DNA from: Candidatus Poribacteria bacterium
GTDB lineage: Bacteria; Poribacteria; WGA-4E; JAJDTR01
NCBI GenBank assembly: GCA_965222225.1
Contig: CBDCTK010000002.1
Location: 5,472,001 to 5,536,000, forward strand
Reading direction: 5' to 3'
Length of the DNA: 64,000 nt
The notes below the pieces were generated by a model. It had not been told where the DNA came from. It made no database searches and saw nothing but the letters and a program-made list of their open reading frames with translations. The position numbers and the translations under genes are program-made. Positions within the stretch are counted from its first letter, which is position 1. Every line of letters starts with the position of its first letter. Positions 10,877-20,946 of the stretch are shown here, in pieces.

Positions 10877-12847
10877 TCACGGCAAACTCAGCGCTATGAG
10901 TTCGGCAGGACGATTTGCCCCGCCTATCGGAATCACAATAAACTGCTTCCCATCAGCCATATAAGTCATCGGCGCTCCCTGTGCATTGCTTGGGAGTTCT
11001 GTTCTTGAAATTAGCTGTCCGTTATCAGGATTAAACGCCCACAGAAACGGATTCTGTTCCTCGAAGGTTACTTCGATCGCATTTCCGCGGGGCGAGTTGC
11101 CCGTCACGTCCCACTGTGCCTGCGTCGCCGCGAAAAGCAGTGATTGAGTCAGTAGAGGGAAATTGCGTTGAGCCCATAATGGTGGAAGATCGAGATGTCG
11201 CAGAGTGGGGTGGTCCCTTGGACCCTCTCCGACAGGTTGCACCCACTTGTGCTCGCCCGTATTCAGATCTATCGCGGTGATGCGCCCATAAGGAGGTTTG
11301 ACTAAGGGCAGGCCTCGCGGGCCGTCCGGCCCAAACAATAGGACACCAGTATAGGCGTAATCCGCCTTTGAATCTTTCGCTTTGTTTAGTGTGATGATGG
11401 CGGGATAGGTGTAGGACGGGATATAAATAATCCCCTTGTCTGGGTCAACAGCTGCCCCTGCCCAGCTAGCTCCTCCGATGATGCCGGGCATGGCGATTGT
11501 TCCCTTCTCGGAGGGAGGTGTATAGAGTACACCATAGTCGTAATCTTCGATCGCACTGAGTGCTTGTTTGTGCAACGACGGTGTAAAATCAATCAGGTCG
11601 TCATGGGTTAAGCCTTGGCGATCAAAAGGTGCCGGCTTGGTGGGGAAGGGTTGCGTGGGCGATGATAACTCGCCCGGCGCATCCGACTGGGGAACGGTAC
11701 GTTCTTCAATGGGCCAAACCGGTTTTCCAGTAATGTGGCCGAATACGAAGCAAAACGCCTGTTTGGTCACTTGGGCAACCGCCTTGATTTTCTTTCCATC
11801 AACAGTAATGTCAATCAAATTTGGCGCTGCCGGCAAATCACAATCCCACATTCCATGGTGCAACATTTGGAAGTGCCAAACCCGTTTCCCGGTTTCTGCA
11901 TTGAGGCATACTAGGCTTTCGGCAAAGAGATTGTCTCCGTGCCGATGTCCACTGTAATAATCGTTGGTGGGGGTGCTGACAGGCAGGTAGACGTAGCCCA
12001 ATTCCTCATCTGCGCTCATCATCGTCCACACATTCGCGTTGTCCGTCGACTTCCAAGAATCGTTCTTCCATGTCTCGATACCGAATTCCCTTTTTTGCGG
12101 AATGGTATGGAAAATCCAACGTTGCTCGCTGGTGCGAGCGTCAAACGCCCTGACATCTCCCGGCGGCATCTGCTTTTGTGGCGGCTCCCCAACCGCGAAG
12201 GAATCGAGAACCGTGGAGCCAACGACAACCACGTTTCGACAGATAACCGGCGGCGAGAAAATAGCATACAGTCGCCGATTCACCGGGCGTCGCAAGCCTT
12301 TCGTCAAATCGACGCGACCATCCTCGCCAAACCCTTGTATTGGTTTTCCCGTTTCGGCGTTAAGCGCGATGAGATACCCATCTCCCGTACCAAAGAGGAC
12401 GCGCTTAGCAGTACCGTCCTCCCAATAGTAGACACCGCGATGCACGAAACCTGTATTGGCGGGAGTGCCATCTTTGTGGGTTTTCGGGTCATAAACCCAG
12501 ATGGTTTCTCCCGTGGCAGCCTTGATGGCAGCAACCTGATTGAGCGGCGTGCTGGTGTATATTACTCCACCAATCATGAGAGGTATGGCTTCATTCACCA
12601 TCGTCCACAGGTCGGGATTGGATTCGACGAGCGCATTATCGGGAGAGTTCCAACGCCATGCAACCTGGAGATTTCTAACATTGTCTTTGTTAATCTGATC
12701 GACTGGAACGTATTTGGTACTGGCTTTGTCCGAGCCATAAACCCGCCATTCTCCAACCTTAATGGCATCCGCAGGGCAAACAATCAGACCGATTGCACAA
12801 AAAATCGAGACGATGCAATAAGTTAGCAAATGGTATGTTCGAATCAT
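10877..12847 (-). CDS. PQQ-dependent (quinoprotein glucose-type) dehydrogenase
   Basis: Signal peptide, PQQ beta-propeller W-docking repeats, KPPYGRITAIDLNTGE and APMTYMADGKQFI motifs. Confidence 0.88.
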   Translation of the reverse strand: MIRTYHLLTYCIVSIFCAIGLIVCPADAIKVGEWRVYGSDKASTKYVPVDQINKDNVRNLQVAWRWNSPDNALVESNPDLWTMVNEAIPLMIGGVIYTSTPLNQVAAIKAATGETIWVYDPKTHKDGTPANTGFVHRGVYYWEDGTAKRVLFGTGDGYLIALNAETGKPIQGFGEDGRVDLTKGLRRPVNRRLYAIFSPPVICRNVVVVGSTVLDSFAVGEPPQKQMPPGDVRAFDARTSEQRWIFHTIPQKREFGIETWKNDSWKSTDNANVWTMMSADEELGYVYLPVSTPTNDYYSGHRHGDNLFAESLVCLNAETGKRVWHFQMLHHGMWDCDLPAAPNLIDITVDGKKIKAVAQVTKQAFCFVFGHITGKPVWPIEERTVPQSDAPGELSSPTQPFPTKPAPFDRQGLTHDDLIDFTPSLHKQALSAIEDYDYGVLYTPPSEKGTIAMPGIIGGASWAGAAVDPDKGIIYIPSYTYPAIITLNKAKDSKADYAYTGVLLFGPDGPRGLPLVKPPYGRITAIDLNTGEHKWVQPVGEGPRDHPTLRHLDLPPLWAQRNFPLLTQSLLFAATQAQWDVTGNSPRGNAIEVTFEEQNPFLWAFNPDNGQLISRTELPSNAQGAPMTYMADGKQFIVIPIGGANRPAELIALSLP

Positions 12848-12956
12848 GGTTTGACCTAAAAGTGTTTATCAACAGCATTGAAGCGGGCGTACATTTTGTC
12901 TCCAACAGTGTATTAATGTATTAATTTTTGTGTTGGATGTTGTCTCTCCGCCAAAC

Positions 12957-12988
12957 TTCATGTCACACATCGCGATGTGTGACATGAA
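12957..12988. repeat. Perfect 32 bp palindrome
   Basis: TTCATGTCACACATCG|CGATGTGTGACATGAA with no spacer, between two divergent genes. Confidence 0.9.
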
Positions 12989-13244
12989 TCAGAAGAGTAA
13001 TGGGTGCAATTCGATAGTCCTCGAACTCGTAGAGATCGCTGGAGAAACATGACCACCATGCTTAAGAATAATACTCCAATATATTATCTCTTTTCAAGTG
13101 GAAATGAGTGGAGAACGACATGCAGGCTGATGGTTTACTCTATGCATTCGAATCTCTTCGCAAAATTCTTGTATTAATTGTTGATTCATTGTATAATTAC
13201 CGTGTTTTGAATCCGGTGCAGGGCTTATTCGTGGACGGCTTGTC

Positions 13245-14150
13245 GTGATGTCTCCAACTCCACATTTTACAGATACAAGCATCCGAATTCACGATGTAAC
13301 TAATTTCAATCTGAGCCACACGCTTGAGAGTGCGCAGTCATTTCGGTGGCAGCCATACAATGGTTGGTATTACGGAGTCATTGAGGGGCGCCTTCTAAAA
13401 ATTCGGCAAGAAGGTCAAATGTTAATCCTAGCGAGTTCTGCCGATGAAGACGCCGAATGTTTGAAAACTTTTCTTCGCCACTATCTCGATCTCAATCGGG
13501 ATTTACTTGCCATTCTGCGAGCAGTAGACATTGACGCGTGTATTCGCGAGGCATTCAAGAGTTTTTGGGGAATGCGCCTCCTGAATCAGGGATTGTGGGA
13601 ATGCCTTGCGTCGTACATTCTATCTCAGAACAACAATGTGCCTCGAATTAAGGGAATAATTCAGAGACTATCAGCCCGATTTGGCGAGAGAATCAGCCTC
13701 GACAATTACGTCGATTATTCTTTTCCTTCACCTCAAGCGCTCGCCGAAGCAGGCATTAATGGATTGCTGGAGTGTGGGACGGGTTATCGTGCTCCGTATC
13801 TTTGGGAAGTGTCTACAGCGATAGTGGCTGGAACGCTCAATCTCGACAACCTTGATGGAATGTCTTATCCGTTAGCCAAACAAGAGTTGATGCAATTGAA
13901 AGGAATTGGCGAAAAAGTTGCCGATTGCATTTGCTTATTCTCGCTGGGACATCTGGAGGTGCTCCCCGTTGACGTTTGGATGAAGCGAATCATGGAACAC
14001 GTTTATTTCGGTAGAAGAGCTTCAATCCGAGAAATTCGTGAGTTCGGAGAGAGTTACTTTGGCGAGCATATCGGCTATGCCCAGCAGTACCTTTTCCATT
14101 ATGCACGAACATTTGGATTGAAGAAAATGATACAGAATCCCCACCTCTGA
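13245..14150 (+). CDS. 8-oxoguanine DNA glycosylase (OGG_N + HhH-GPD)
   Basis: TLESAQSFRW, SQNNNVPRI, GYRAPY, LKGIGEKVADC, PVDVW and GYAQQYLF motifs. Confidence 0.92.
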   Translation: MMSPTPHFTDTSIRIHDVTNFNLSHTLESAQSFRWQPYNGWYYGVIEGRLLKIRQEGQMLILASSADEDAECLKTFLRHYLDLNRDLLAILRAVDIDACIREAFKSFWGMRLLNQGLWECLASYILSQNNNVPRIKGIIQRLSARFGERISLDNYVDYSFPSPQALAEAGINGLLECGTGYRAPYLWEVSTAIVAGTLNLDNLDGMSYPLAKQELMQLKGIGEKVADCICLFSLGHLEVLPVDVWMKRIMEHVYFGRRASIREIREFGESYFGEHIGYAQQYLFHYARTFGLKKMIQNPHL

Positions 14151-14264
14151 CGAAATGAGATTCTCTGCCTTTGCGAGAAAAAAGAAACGAAGCCACCATT
14201 TGCTGCGTTTGAATTTTGTTGTGTAACCGAAGAGTGTTAGCAATCCAATTCAGGAGGAATACAC

Positions 14265-14759
14265 ATGCTTGAGGAACTTCGAGACAACGTCCTATCGCTT
14301 TTGGAAGAACGTGTTGAACTTGCAATTAAGACCATTCAAAGTCTGCGGGAGGCTAAGCTTTCGCTTGAGTCGCAAATCAGTCAGTTGCAAGGCGAACTCC
14401 AGCAGAAAGAAGAGTGGATTCATGACCTGGAAAACCGAAATCAGGAACTCCTTCATGTTGAATCCGATTTGAAGCAGCTTCAGGAAGCGCGTGACCAAGA
14501 ACGCGATGAGATTGATCGGGAGAAGACAGAGATACGTGAGCGCATTGAAGGATTGATGACCATGTTAAACGGCGTCAATGGGCGCCAAGAAGAGCTTGAA
14601 GCTGATCAATTATTCACTGGGGAAGATACGTCCGACTTGGCAGATATTTCAGATGCTGATATGTCTGACACGGAATTAGCCGAAAGTGACACGTCCGAGA
14701 CGGAACCTGCCGAGAGTGATACCTCAGAAGAGCCTCCATTTTTCAGCAACCAGTATTAA
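14265..14759 (+). CDS. Coiled-coil protein (ZapB-like) with acidic repetitive tail
   Basis: LLEERVELAIKTIQSL start, heptad pattern, IRERIEGL end, then DTELAESDTSETEPAESDTSE repeats; GGAGG RBS. Confidence 0.6.
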   Translation: MLEELRDNVLSLLEERVELAIKTIQSLREAKLSLESQISQLQGELQQKEEWIHDLENRNQELLHVESDLKQLQEARDQERDEIDREKTEIRERIEGLMTMLNGVNGRQEELEADQLFTGEDTSDLADISDADMSDTELAESDTSETEPAESDTSEEPPFFSNQY

Positions 14760-14812
14760 GGTAGCTTTACATCTAGAATTCCTGCCTGTCTATATGAGGA
14801 AAAACACTCCTA

Positions 14813-15943
14813 TTGCGCGTTTTAGTGCTTTCCCACTCCTACATAATGAAGCCCTACCGGCGCAAGTTTGCCCTCATCGCGGAACGGCCAGATGTTGAGA
14901 TGCGGGTGATAACAACCGATCGGTGGTACGAAAGCATTCAAGAAATCCTCTTTCAATCCGATTCGGATGTTCGATGCAATGAATTTCCTTGTCCGATTCG
15001 ATTTTCGGGCTATGGGAGCCGATTTTACTACCGGGGTAACCTGCGCGCTCATTTCCAGGATTTCCAACCCGAAATAATCCACCTTGAAGAGGAACCTTGG
15101 AGCATAAACGCGCTTCAAGTAATTCGACTTAAACGGAAATACTGTCCGAGCAGTCGATTCATTTTTCGAACATCACTAAGCATCCCCGCCAAACAAAAAT
15201 TCGGGTTCCTGCCAATCTGGATTGAACGACAGGTTTTCCGAGAGACGAACATGGCATTTCCCTTGAGTGACAATGCGGGGCGTATTTTGAAGCAGCGCGG
15301 CTATCATGGAGAGGCAGTTCCCTTTCCAAATGGCGTCGATTTTAGGCTGTTCCACAAGATGGACGTAAAGCGGTTGAGTACTTCACTTGGGCTGTTCGGT
15401 TACTTCGTAATCGGTTATCTTGGTCGAATAGTGGAGAGCAAAGGGCTAGATACACTGGTTGCCGCGGCGGCTAGGCTTGAAATCGAATACCGGCTCTTGA
15501 TTATTGGGAGCGGAGAGTACAAAGCAGATTTGGTTGGGATTGCCGAAGAACTCCGAATCGCCGACAGGATCGTGTGGATTGATGGAATGCTACCCGAAAA
15601 GGTGCCCCAATATGTCAACTGTATGGATACGGTTGTTCTACCATCGCGTACGACGCCGGACTGGGTCGAGTTCTTTGGACGCGTTCTTATTGAGGGGATG
15701 GCGTGTGAAGTACCGGTAATCGCTTCAGATTCTGGTGAGATTCCTCATGTCGTGGGGGATGCCGGATTAATCTTTCCTGAGGGAGATGCCGTGGCATTGG
15801 CGGATCGAATTGAGCAGATTGCGCGGAATCCGTCATTCGCCAATCAACTCATCCAACGTGGGCTGAAGAGAGTGAAAGAATTTACTTGGGAAACAATAGC
15901 CGACCGCACTCACGAAGTGTACCAAGCAATATTGGAAGCTTGA
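14813..15943 (+). CDS. Glycosyltransferase family 4
   Basis: GYLGRIVESKG and EFFGRVLIEGMACEVPVIAS (EX7E) motifs; TTG start. Confidence 0.92.
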   Translation: MRVLVLSHSYIMKPYRRKFALIAERPDVEMRVITTDRWYESIQEILFQSDSDVRCNEFPCPIRFSGYGSRFYYRGNLRAHFQDFQPEIIHLEEEPWSINALQVIRLKRKYCPSSRFIFRTSLSIPAKQKFGFLPIWIERQVFRETNMAFPLSDNAGRILKQRGYHGEAVPFPNGVDFRLFHKMDVKRLSTSLGLFGYFVIGYLGRIVESKGLDTLVAAAARLEIEYRLLIIGSGEYKADLVGIAEELRIADRIVWIDGMLPEKVPQYVNCMDTVVLPSRTTPDWVEFFGRVLIEGMACEVPVIASDSGEIPHVVGDAGLIFPEGDAVALADRIEQIARNPSFANQLIQRGLKRVKEFTWETIADRTHEVYQAILEA

Positions 15944-15981
15944 ATTCAGGGCCGAGATTCGGGCTTTCACCTCATTCGCGA

Positions 15982-16174
15982 TAAGAGCCTGTTTGAATAA
16001 TAGGTGTAAAGCCATTTTTAGACATTTGAGGCGGGCATCTTCAAGTTTTTGTTGTCGCCTGCTATACACCTGTGGGATCTCTATCGCACTCACTATCCGA
16101 TCGCTTGATCCTCGCTGGAGCTTTGGCGTAAAGCGAGTGACGTCGCTTCATATGAATTTTCAAACAGGTTCTTA
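15982..16174. mobile_element. ~190 bp non-coding MITE-like element with IS5-like terminal inverted repeats
   Basis: TAAGAGCCTGTTTGAA (15982-15997) and TTCAAACAGGTTCTTA (16159-16174) form a 16 bp inverted repeat with 1 mismatch; TA(A) flanks; no credible ORF inside. Confidence 0.65.
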
Positions 16175-16252
16175 AATGCACAAAGTCGAGCTAATGAGTT
16201 CTGAAAATAACGTACAGAATCCTACTCTTTTGATTCAAAAAGGACAGAATTC

Positions 16253-16747
16253 ATGGTGAACATCAATAACAGACACATCATAGAATTAGCGTTTATTTTA
16301 ACCATTACCGTGTTGCTTGCGGGGCTTTTTTCGTGCAGTCAGGTTCAGCGAGTGCTAGAGGCGGAGTATGCTCATTCAGACATCCCAATGGAAGAACGCG
16401 ACCACGTTTGGGTCGTAGATCAGAACGGTGTTGAGGTGCCTGTGCCAGGTACTTGGGTGCTCGTGTCACACACGCACTTAAACTCTACCTCTACGATAGG
16501 CGAAAGCTTCACACTACCTCCAAATCCGCCGCATAGTGTGCTGATATCGGATGGAACATATACGGATGGCGAAGATATCCTCTGGACAAAAGTGAATATA
16601 ACATCTCACGAAGGCGAGAAGTGGCAGTTTCTTGAACGTCTGGACACAAGCGTTTCCCCACATCAACTCTTTGTTGTCGTCGCAGTAGATGATAGCGGTT
16701 TGCCTGTACTGGAGTACGGAAAATATCCTTTGGGACTTAGTAGTTAA
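16253..16747 (+). CDS. Hypothetical lipoprotein
   Basis: Hydrophobic leader ending in LFSC (lipobox-like); AAGGA RBS. Confidence 0.6.
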   Translation: MVNINNRHIIELAFILTITVLLAGLFSCSQVQRVLEAEYAHSDIPMEERDHVWVVDQNGVEVPVPGTWVLVSHTHLNSTSTIGESFTLPPNPPHSVLISDGTYTDGEDILWTKVNITSHEGEKWQFLERLDTSVSPHQLFVVVAVDDSGLPVLEYGKYPLGLSS

Positions 16748-17006
16748 CTGCTTTTTGGTCGATTTGCTTGCTTTTCTCTTCTTAATGTACAATAACTTTA
16801 GACAGTGTTCGGAATCTTGATTCACACTAAAATACATCTCTATAAGAGAGAAATGGAGGCATATCATGTTGACCAAGCGTTTGTACATGCTCGCGGGAGC
16901 ATTGCGGGTTATCTGCGGGATTTTAATTTCCAACACTATGGGATTTTCAGCACACCATGATGTTGTCGTTGACAGAATATACCGATAGCCAAACAATTCA
17001 TGTGGC

Positions 17007-17861
17007 TCAGGTGAAGCATTCATCAAAAAATCTTATGAAAATCTCATCATCTTTTCTGCGATTATATTTCCAGCAAGACTCCATGATATACAGTGGCAGC
17101 CACTTCTTGCTGTAGTGATGATGCGTTCCGTAGAATGACCTCTTGACACAAGCCCAAAACGACTCGATGGTGTTGGTGTGAGTTACGCCGTCCTCAGAAA
17201 CATATCTCTCTTGGTGATGGATAACATGTCTTTCGATATCTTCGTCCAGACTATTGTAAGAGCGAAATTCATCAGTCATAAGAATAGACTCATCGGGTGA
17301 GACATTGCTAAGGATGAATTCTCTGATATTTTCACCAGATAGAACCTTCATGAATTTAGCAACCACCCGACCGCCTCTCTCGACTACGCCGATGACGGGA
17401 GATTTATTTGTGCCTCTACCTCTCTTAGATTTTGCTCTGGGTTTGCCGCCGACATAGGTTTCGTCCGCTTCAACTATCCCTTTCAGCAATTCATCACTAT
17501 CACTCATTTTCTCACGGAGGCGCATTGCCATATACCAAGCGGACTTTTGATTCATGTCCAAGTCACGAGCAAGCTGACAACTCGATATGCTTTTCTTGGC
17601 ATTGGAAAGAATTGAGATAGCCAAAAACCATTTCTGGAGAGGTATCTTGGTACCATGGAAGATGGTTCCTGCTGTAGCCGAAAAGCTAGATTCACAATCG
17701 TAGCAATTCCAACCAGTAGTAATGTCGTTTTTGTTCTTGCGTCCAACTTTTTCACTGCCACAGTGGATACAGCAAACACCGTCCTTCCAACGTTTTTCCT
17801 CTATAAATCTGAGACAAGATTCTTGATTTGGAAACTCTTTCATAAGATTCAAAATGTCCAT
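17007..17861 (-). mobile_element. IS1595-family (ISXO2-like) DDE transposase
   Basis: CxxC..CxxC zinc ribbon, GTIFHGTKIPLQKWF, VEADETYVGG, LMTDE and HTNTIESFW motifs. Element ends not confidently located. Confidence 0.93.
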
Positions 17862-17961
17862 AGCAAACTCCTACGAGAAGAATAGTCACTATGGACATCT
17901 ACGTGTGACGAAAAGATTTACGACAGGGTACCAAGTTTTATGTTTGTCGTCAGTCTAAAAG

Positions 17962-19354
17962 CTACAAGCTACTAATTCCGTAATGATTTTCTTCTATCAA
18001 TAATCGACTCCGTATCATAGCGTCGAATATCAGCAATACTTCTTCAATCATTTTGTATGGAATGCAACGTTGAGCGATCATAGCTAGGAGATTACTTGTG
18101 AACACGTAACTCCCATCTGGAGTTTCCCCGTCCTCCGGAGCAGTGGATAATAGCAATGCGATCCATTGCGATAGCATTGCCGTATCTGACAATGTTTCAT
18201 CGCTGCTTCCAATCTTCCGCGCAATATGCTCCCAGAACGTTGGATGGAGGCGCGTGCGATGTCTGCTAATGAGAAGGAACATCAGCTTCGGATGATTTTC
18301 CAAATACCGATTTACCAACCACCAAGATAAAATTCTGTCGCTATGTTGTAACTGCCCCGTGCCAAACAATGGGGTTAAGCGCCCACGCTTGTCAAGCCAC
18401 TCAATCCAATCTGGATGTGACGCGCTTTTTGTAAAGAATTCGGTCTTTGTTTCATCTTCAAGGGCATGAGCGATTATTCCCTCATCCTCTTCGTTCAGTT
18501 CTTGAGGCGGCTTATCGGCAATCGCAGAAATTTCACGCTGCCAACCAACCATTCCACGTCGTACATAATCGGCAAGTTTGCTGATTGCCTTGTCAAGTTC
18601 GCTATGATCATTCTCGTCATACTGCGGGTACGGAATCGTCTCAATTTTCAAATGCTTCCAGCGTCGATGGTCGGCTATGCTTTTGCGCACCAATGCGTAA
18701 CGCTGCAATCCTTCTCTTTGCGGTGGCAAGGCGCGTACCAAATAGTTCATGACCGTGTCGCTATGGCTGTAGCCGACAAAGAGAATCGTGAAATTATTAT
18801 ACAATTCAACGAGAAAACGTCTTGCCCATCCCTCGTTATAAATACGCGCGACCAAAATCTGTGTCCGTAAGTATCATCTCGTCGGCATTGGCGATGGATC
18901 CATGAACATGAACAATCCCGTTGAACTTACGTCCCAAAGGCAACGCAGGGGCACAGAATACCGGTGGTGTATCGTTGAATAGTCCCCCTGCTGCTTCCTC
19001 AAACAAAATATCAAAGTTTGTGGTAACCAGATGAACCGGTCCATCTTTGTGATAGAGTCGCAGAAGATCTTGATGAAGTGATGTCGGTTTCAAGCCTTCG
19101 GGAGAAAGCACTTTTTTTGCAATGTCATAAATCTCCACACCATCATCGTGCAAGCGTCCGAGGAATTGCTCAAGATTTTCTTTTTCGTCTCTGACTTTGT
19201 TGCTGCGTTCCGCTATTACCTTGGTTAAGGAACAAAAGTTGGGCAGACAAGCAGGTTTACCCATTGAAACACCAGCCCCAGCGAACACTACGAGATTATT
19301 ATCACGCAAGGCATCTAATAGTGGTTTGGGAAAGTCAACATTGGCTAGTTTCAT
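17962..19354 (-). pseudogene. SIR2-domain (SIR2_2, Dsr1/DUF4020-like) protein, frameshifted and probably 3'-truncated
   Basis: VVFAGAGVS, TTNFD and HVHGS in 18836-19354; LFVGYSHSD in 17962-18855. One extra T near 18838 breaks DFGRAYL|NEGWARRFL. The ORF ends next to the IS1595. Confidence 0.85.
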
Positions 19355-19395
19355 AATATTGCTTCATCATTTCTTTCATAGGTTTATTTTCTCGC

Positions 19396-19903
19396 TCATC
19401 CAGTTCCTTGTGAATCGTGTCTAACGGCCGAACATGAGCAGTATTTATTGATGGCTTTACGGGTGGGTTCGCCGATGTAAAGGGATTCGCCCTTGCCCTC
19501 TTGATCTGTCTTACTGGAGTGAATTGCGAGCGTACTTTTCACGTCCTCGATATTGACCGCGACCGCGGTCCCGACCGTCGCGACGAATACCTGACAATGT
19601 TCGAGTGGTGATCGCTCCAACGATTTGTCGATTAACATTCGTGGACTGCCATTTGACGGCATCCACCACTTGTGAGATCGTTGCGGGCGATTTGCCTGAC
19701 TCATGAAGATGGGTAAGATACTCGGCAAGCACCGCATCATTCAATTCACGCGGGCTGACCACAGTGGATAGCCAAGTATCCCATTTGGTCAACGCCCGAC
19801 CATAGGCTGCGAGCGTGTTTTTCGAGACGCCATGCTTAATCAATTCCTTTGTCGAATCACTGATAGCAACTGAGCTTTCCTGTTTTACTGCTAATTCGTT
19901 CAT
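19396..19903 (-). pseudogene. Cre-like tyrosine recombinase, internally deleted and truncated
   Basis: N-terminal SAM-like part (VSKNTLAAY...YLTHLHESGKSPATIS...LSGIRR) joined out of frame to IHSSKTDQEGKG. The catalytic R box and the C-terminal HxxR/Y boxes are absent. Confidence 0.85.
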
Positions 19904-19914
19904 GATATATCACC

Positions 19915-20733
19915 TCATTTCAAACGGTACCCGTTCTTATCCCAAGTGGAAACAGCACCGTGACCATACTCATTGATTCCAAGCGAGACGCGAGCTACAT
20001 TGTCCGTTTTGCCATAAATGTCAACGCGACCACCGTGTTCATCATTTTGCATAGTTACAAGGGGAGATTTATCATCTCCACAAACCGTGACTCCGATTCC
20101 GCTAGAGGATAACTTCACACCCCGATTATAGTTAGCTCCCAATACACTCACACTACTGTCAGAACCACTGGTCGCATCCATTAGAATCATGGAATCAGTC
20201 AGAAGAGATTCGCTTTCAGGATTATGCCACCTAGCACCACCGATTTGAATGCTACCTGCTCCTCGCATGACAATCCTCGCATCATCGTTAGTAATCTCCC
20301 ATAAGGAGACTTTTCCCGCTAAACCACCAGCCTCACTCGTCAGCTCAACTAGCCCCCTACCGCGTGCGGAAAACACGGCGATAGATCCCGCACTTTGCTC
20401 GAACTGCCTCAGTCTGATTTTCCCTGTCCCGTCTTTAGAGAGAACTCTTAATGACGTGCCGTACTCGTTGCACTCAAAGACAATCGACCCAGACTTATGT
20501 ATAGCATCAGTAATTTGAAGCGAGGCGGTATCGCTTCTGCTGGCAAGTTTGCCCGCGTGTTCCAGCACCACGCTTCTATTATCGGGTCCCGAAATAACTA
20601 GGCGATTGCAAACAATCTCATCGAATGTGTCACGTTTCGCTGTGAGCGGCGAAACACACAACCCGATGGCAAGTCCGGCAATCCCAATCACTGCGCCAAA
20701 GACCATATAGCTAAATTTCTGCTTTGTGTTCAT
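19915..20733 (-). CDS. Secreted beta-repeat family protein, copy 1
   Basis: Probable start MNTKQKFSYMVFG (MSM start at 20739 is also possible). Signal peptide, FDEIVC, repeats such as DEHGGRVDIYGK, and end GAVSTWDKNGYRLK. Confidence 0.8.
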   Translation of the reverse strand: MNTKQKFSYMVFGAVIGIAGLAIGLCVSPLTAKRDTFDEIVCNRLVISGPDNRSVVLEHAGKLASRSDTASLQITDAIHKSGSIVFECNEYGTSLRVLSKDGTGKIRLRQFEQSAGSIAVFSARGRGLVELTSEAGGLAGKVSLWEITNDDARIVMRGAGSIQIGGARWHNPESESLLTDSMILMDATSGSDSSVSVLGANYNRGVKLSSSGIGVTVCGDDKSPLVTMQNDEHGGRVDIYGKTDNVARVSLGINEYGHGAVSTWDKNGYRLK

Positions 20734-20946
20734 TGACATTCTCCCATTTGGTTTTGAAATTGAGTGACGGAAAATAGTCACAAGTTAAGTTTGTATAAGA
20801 CGTATTGTAAAATTTTTGCAGGCCAAATGTCAAGGTATGTACCTGTCTCACAGATATGTTGAGAATACCTTGCGAATATGCTATACTTGCCACGTTTTTG
20901 CGAGAGAAGGTATGTTTTGTACTATGGGACGACGGAAACGAAAAAA

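Noticed and set aside
11939-12826. 295 aa plus-strand ORF and similar long antisense ORFs (5298-5885, 26502-27074, 48412-49005)
   Set aside because: Shadows of well-supported genes on the opposite strand, with no recognisable motifs.
16514-17026. 170 aa minus-strand ORF as an IS1595 passenger gene
   Set aside because: Overlaps the better-supported lipoprotein gene and has no recognisable domain; cannot be supported.
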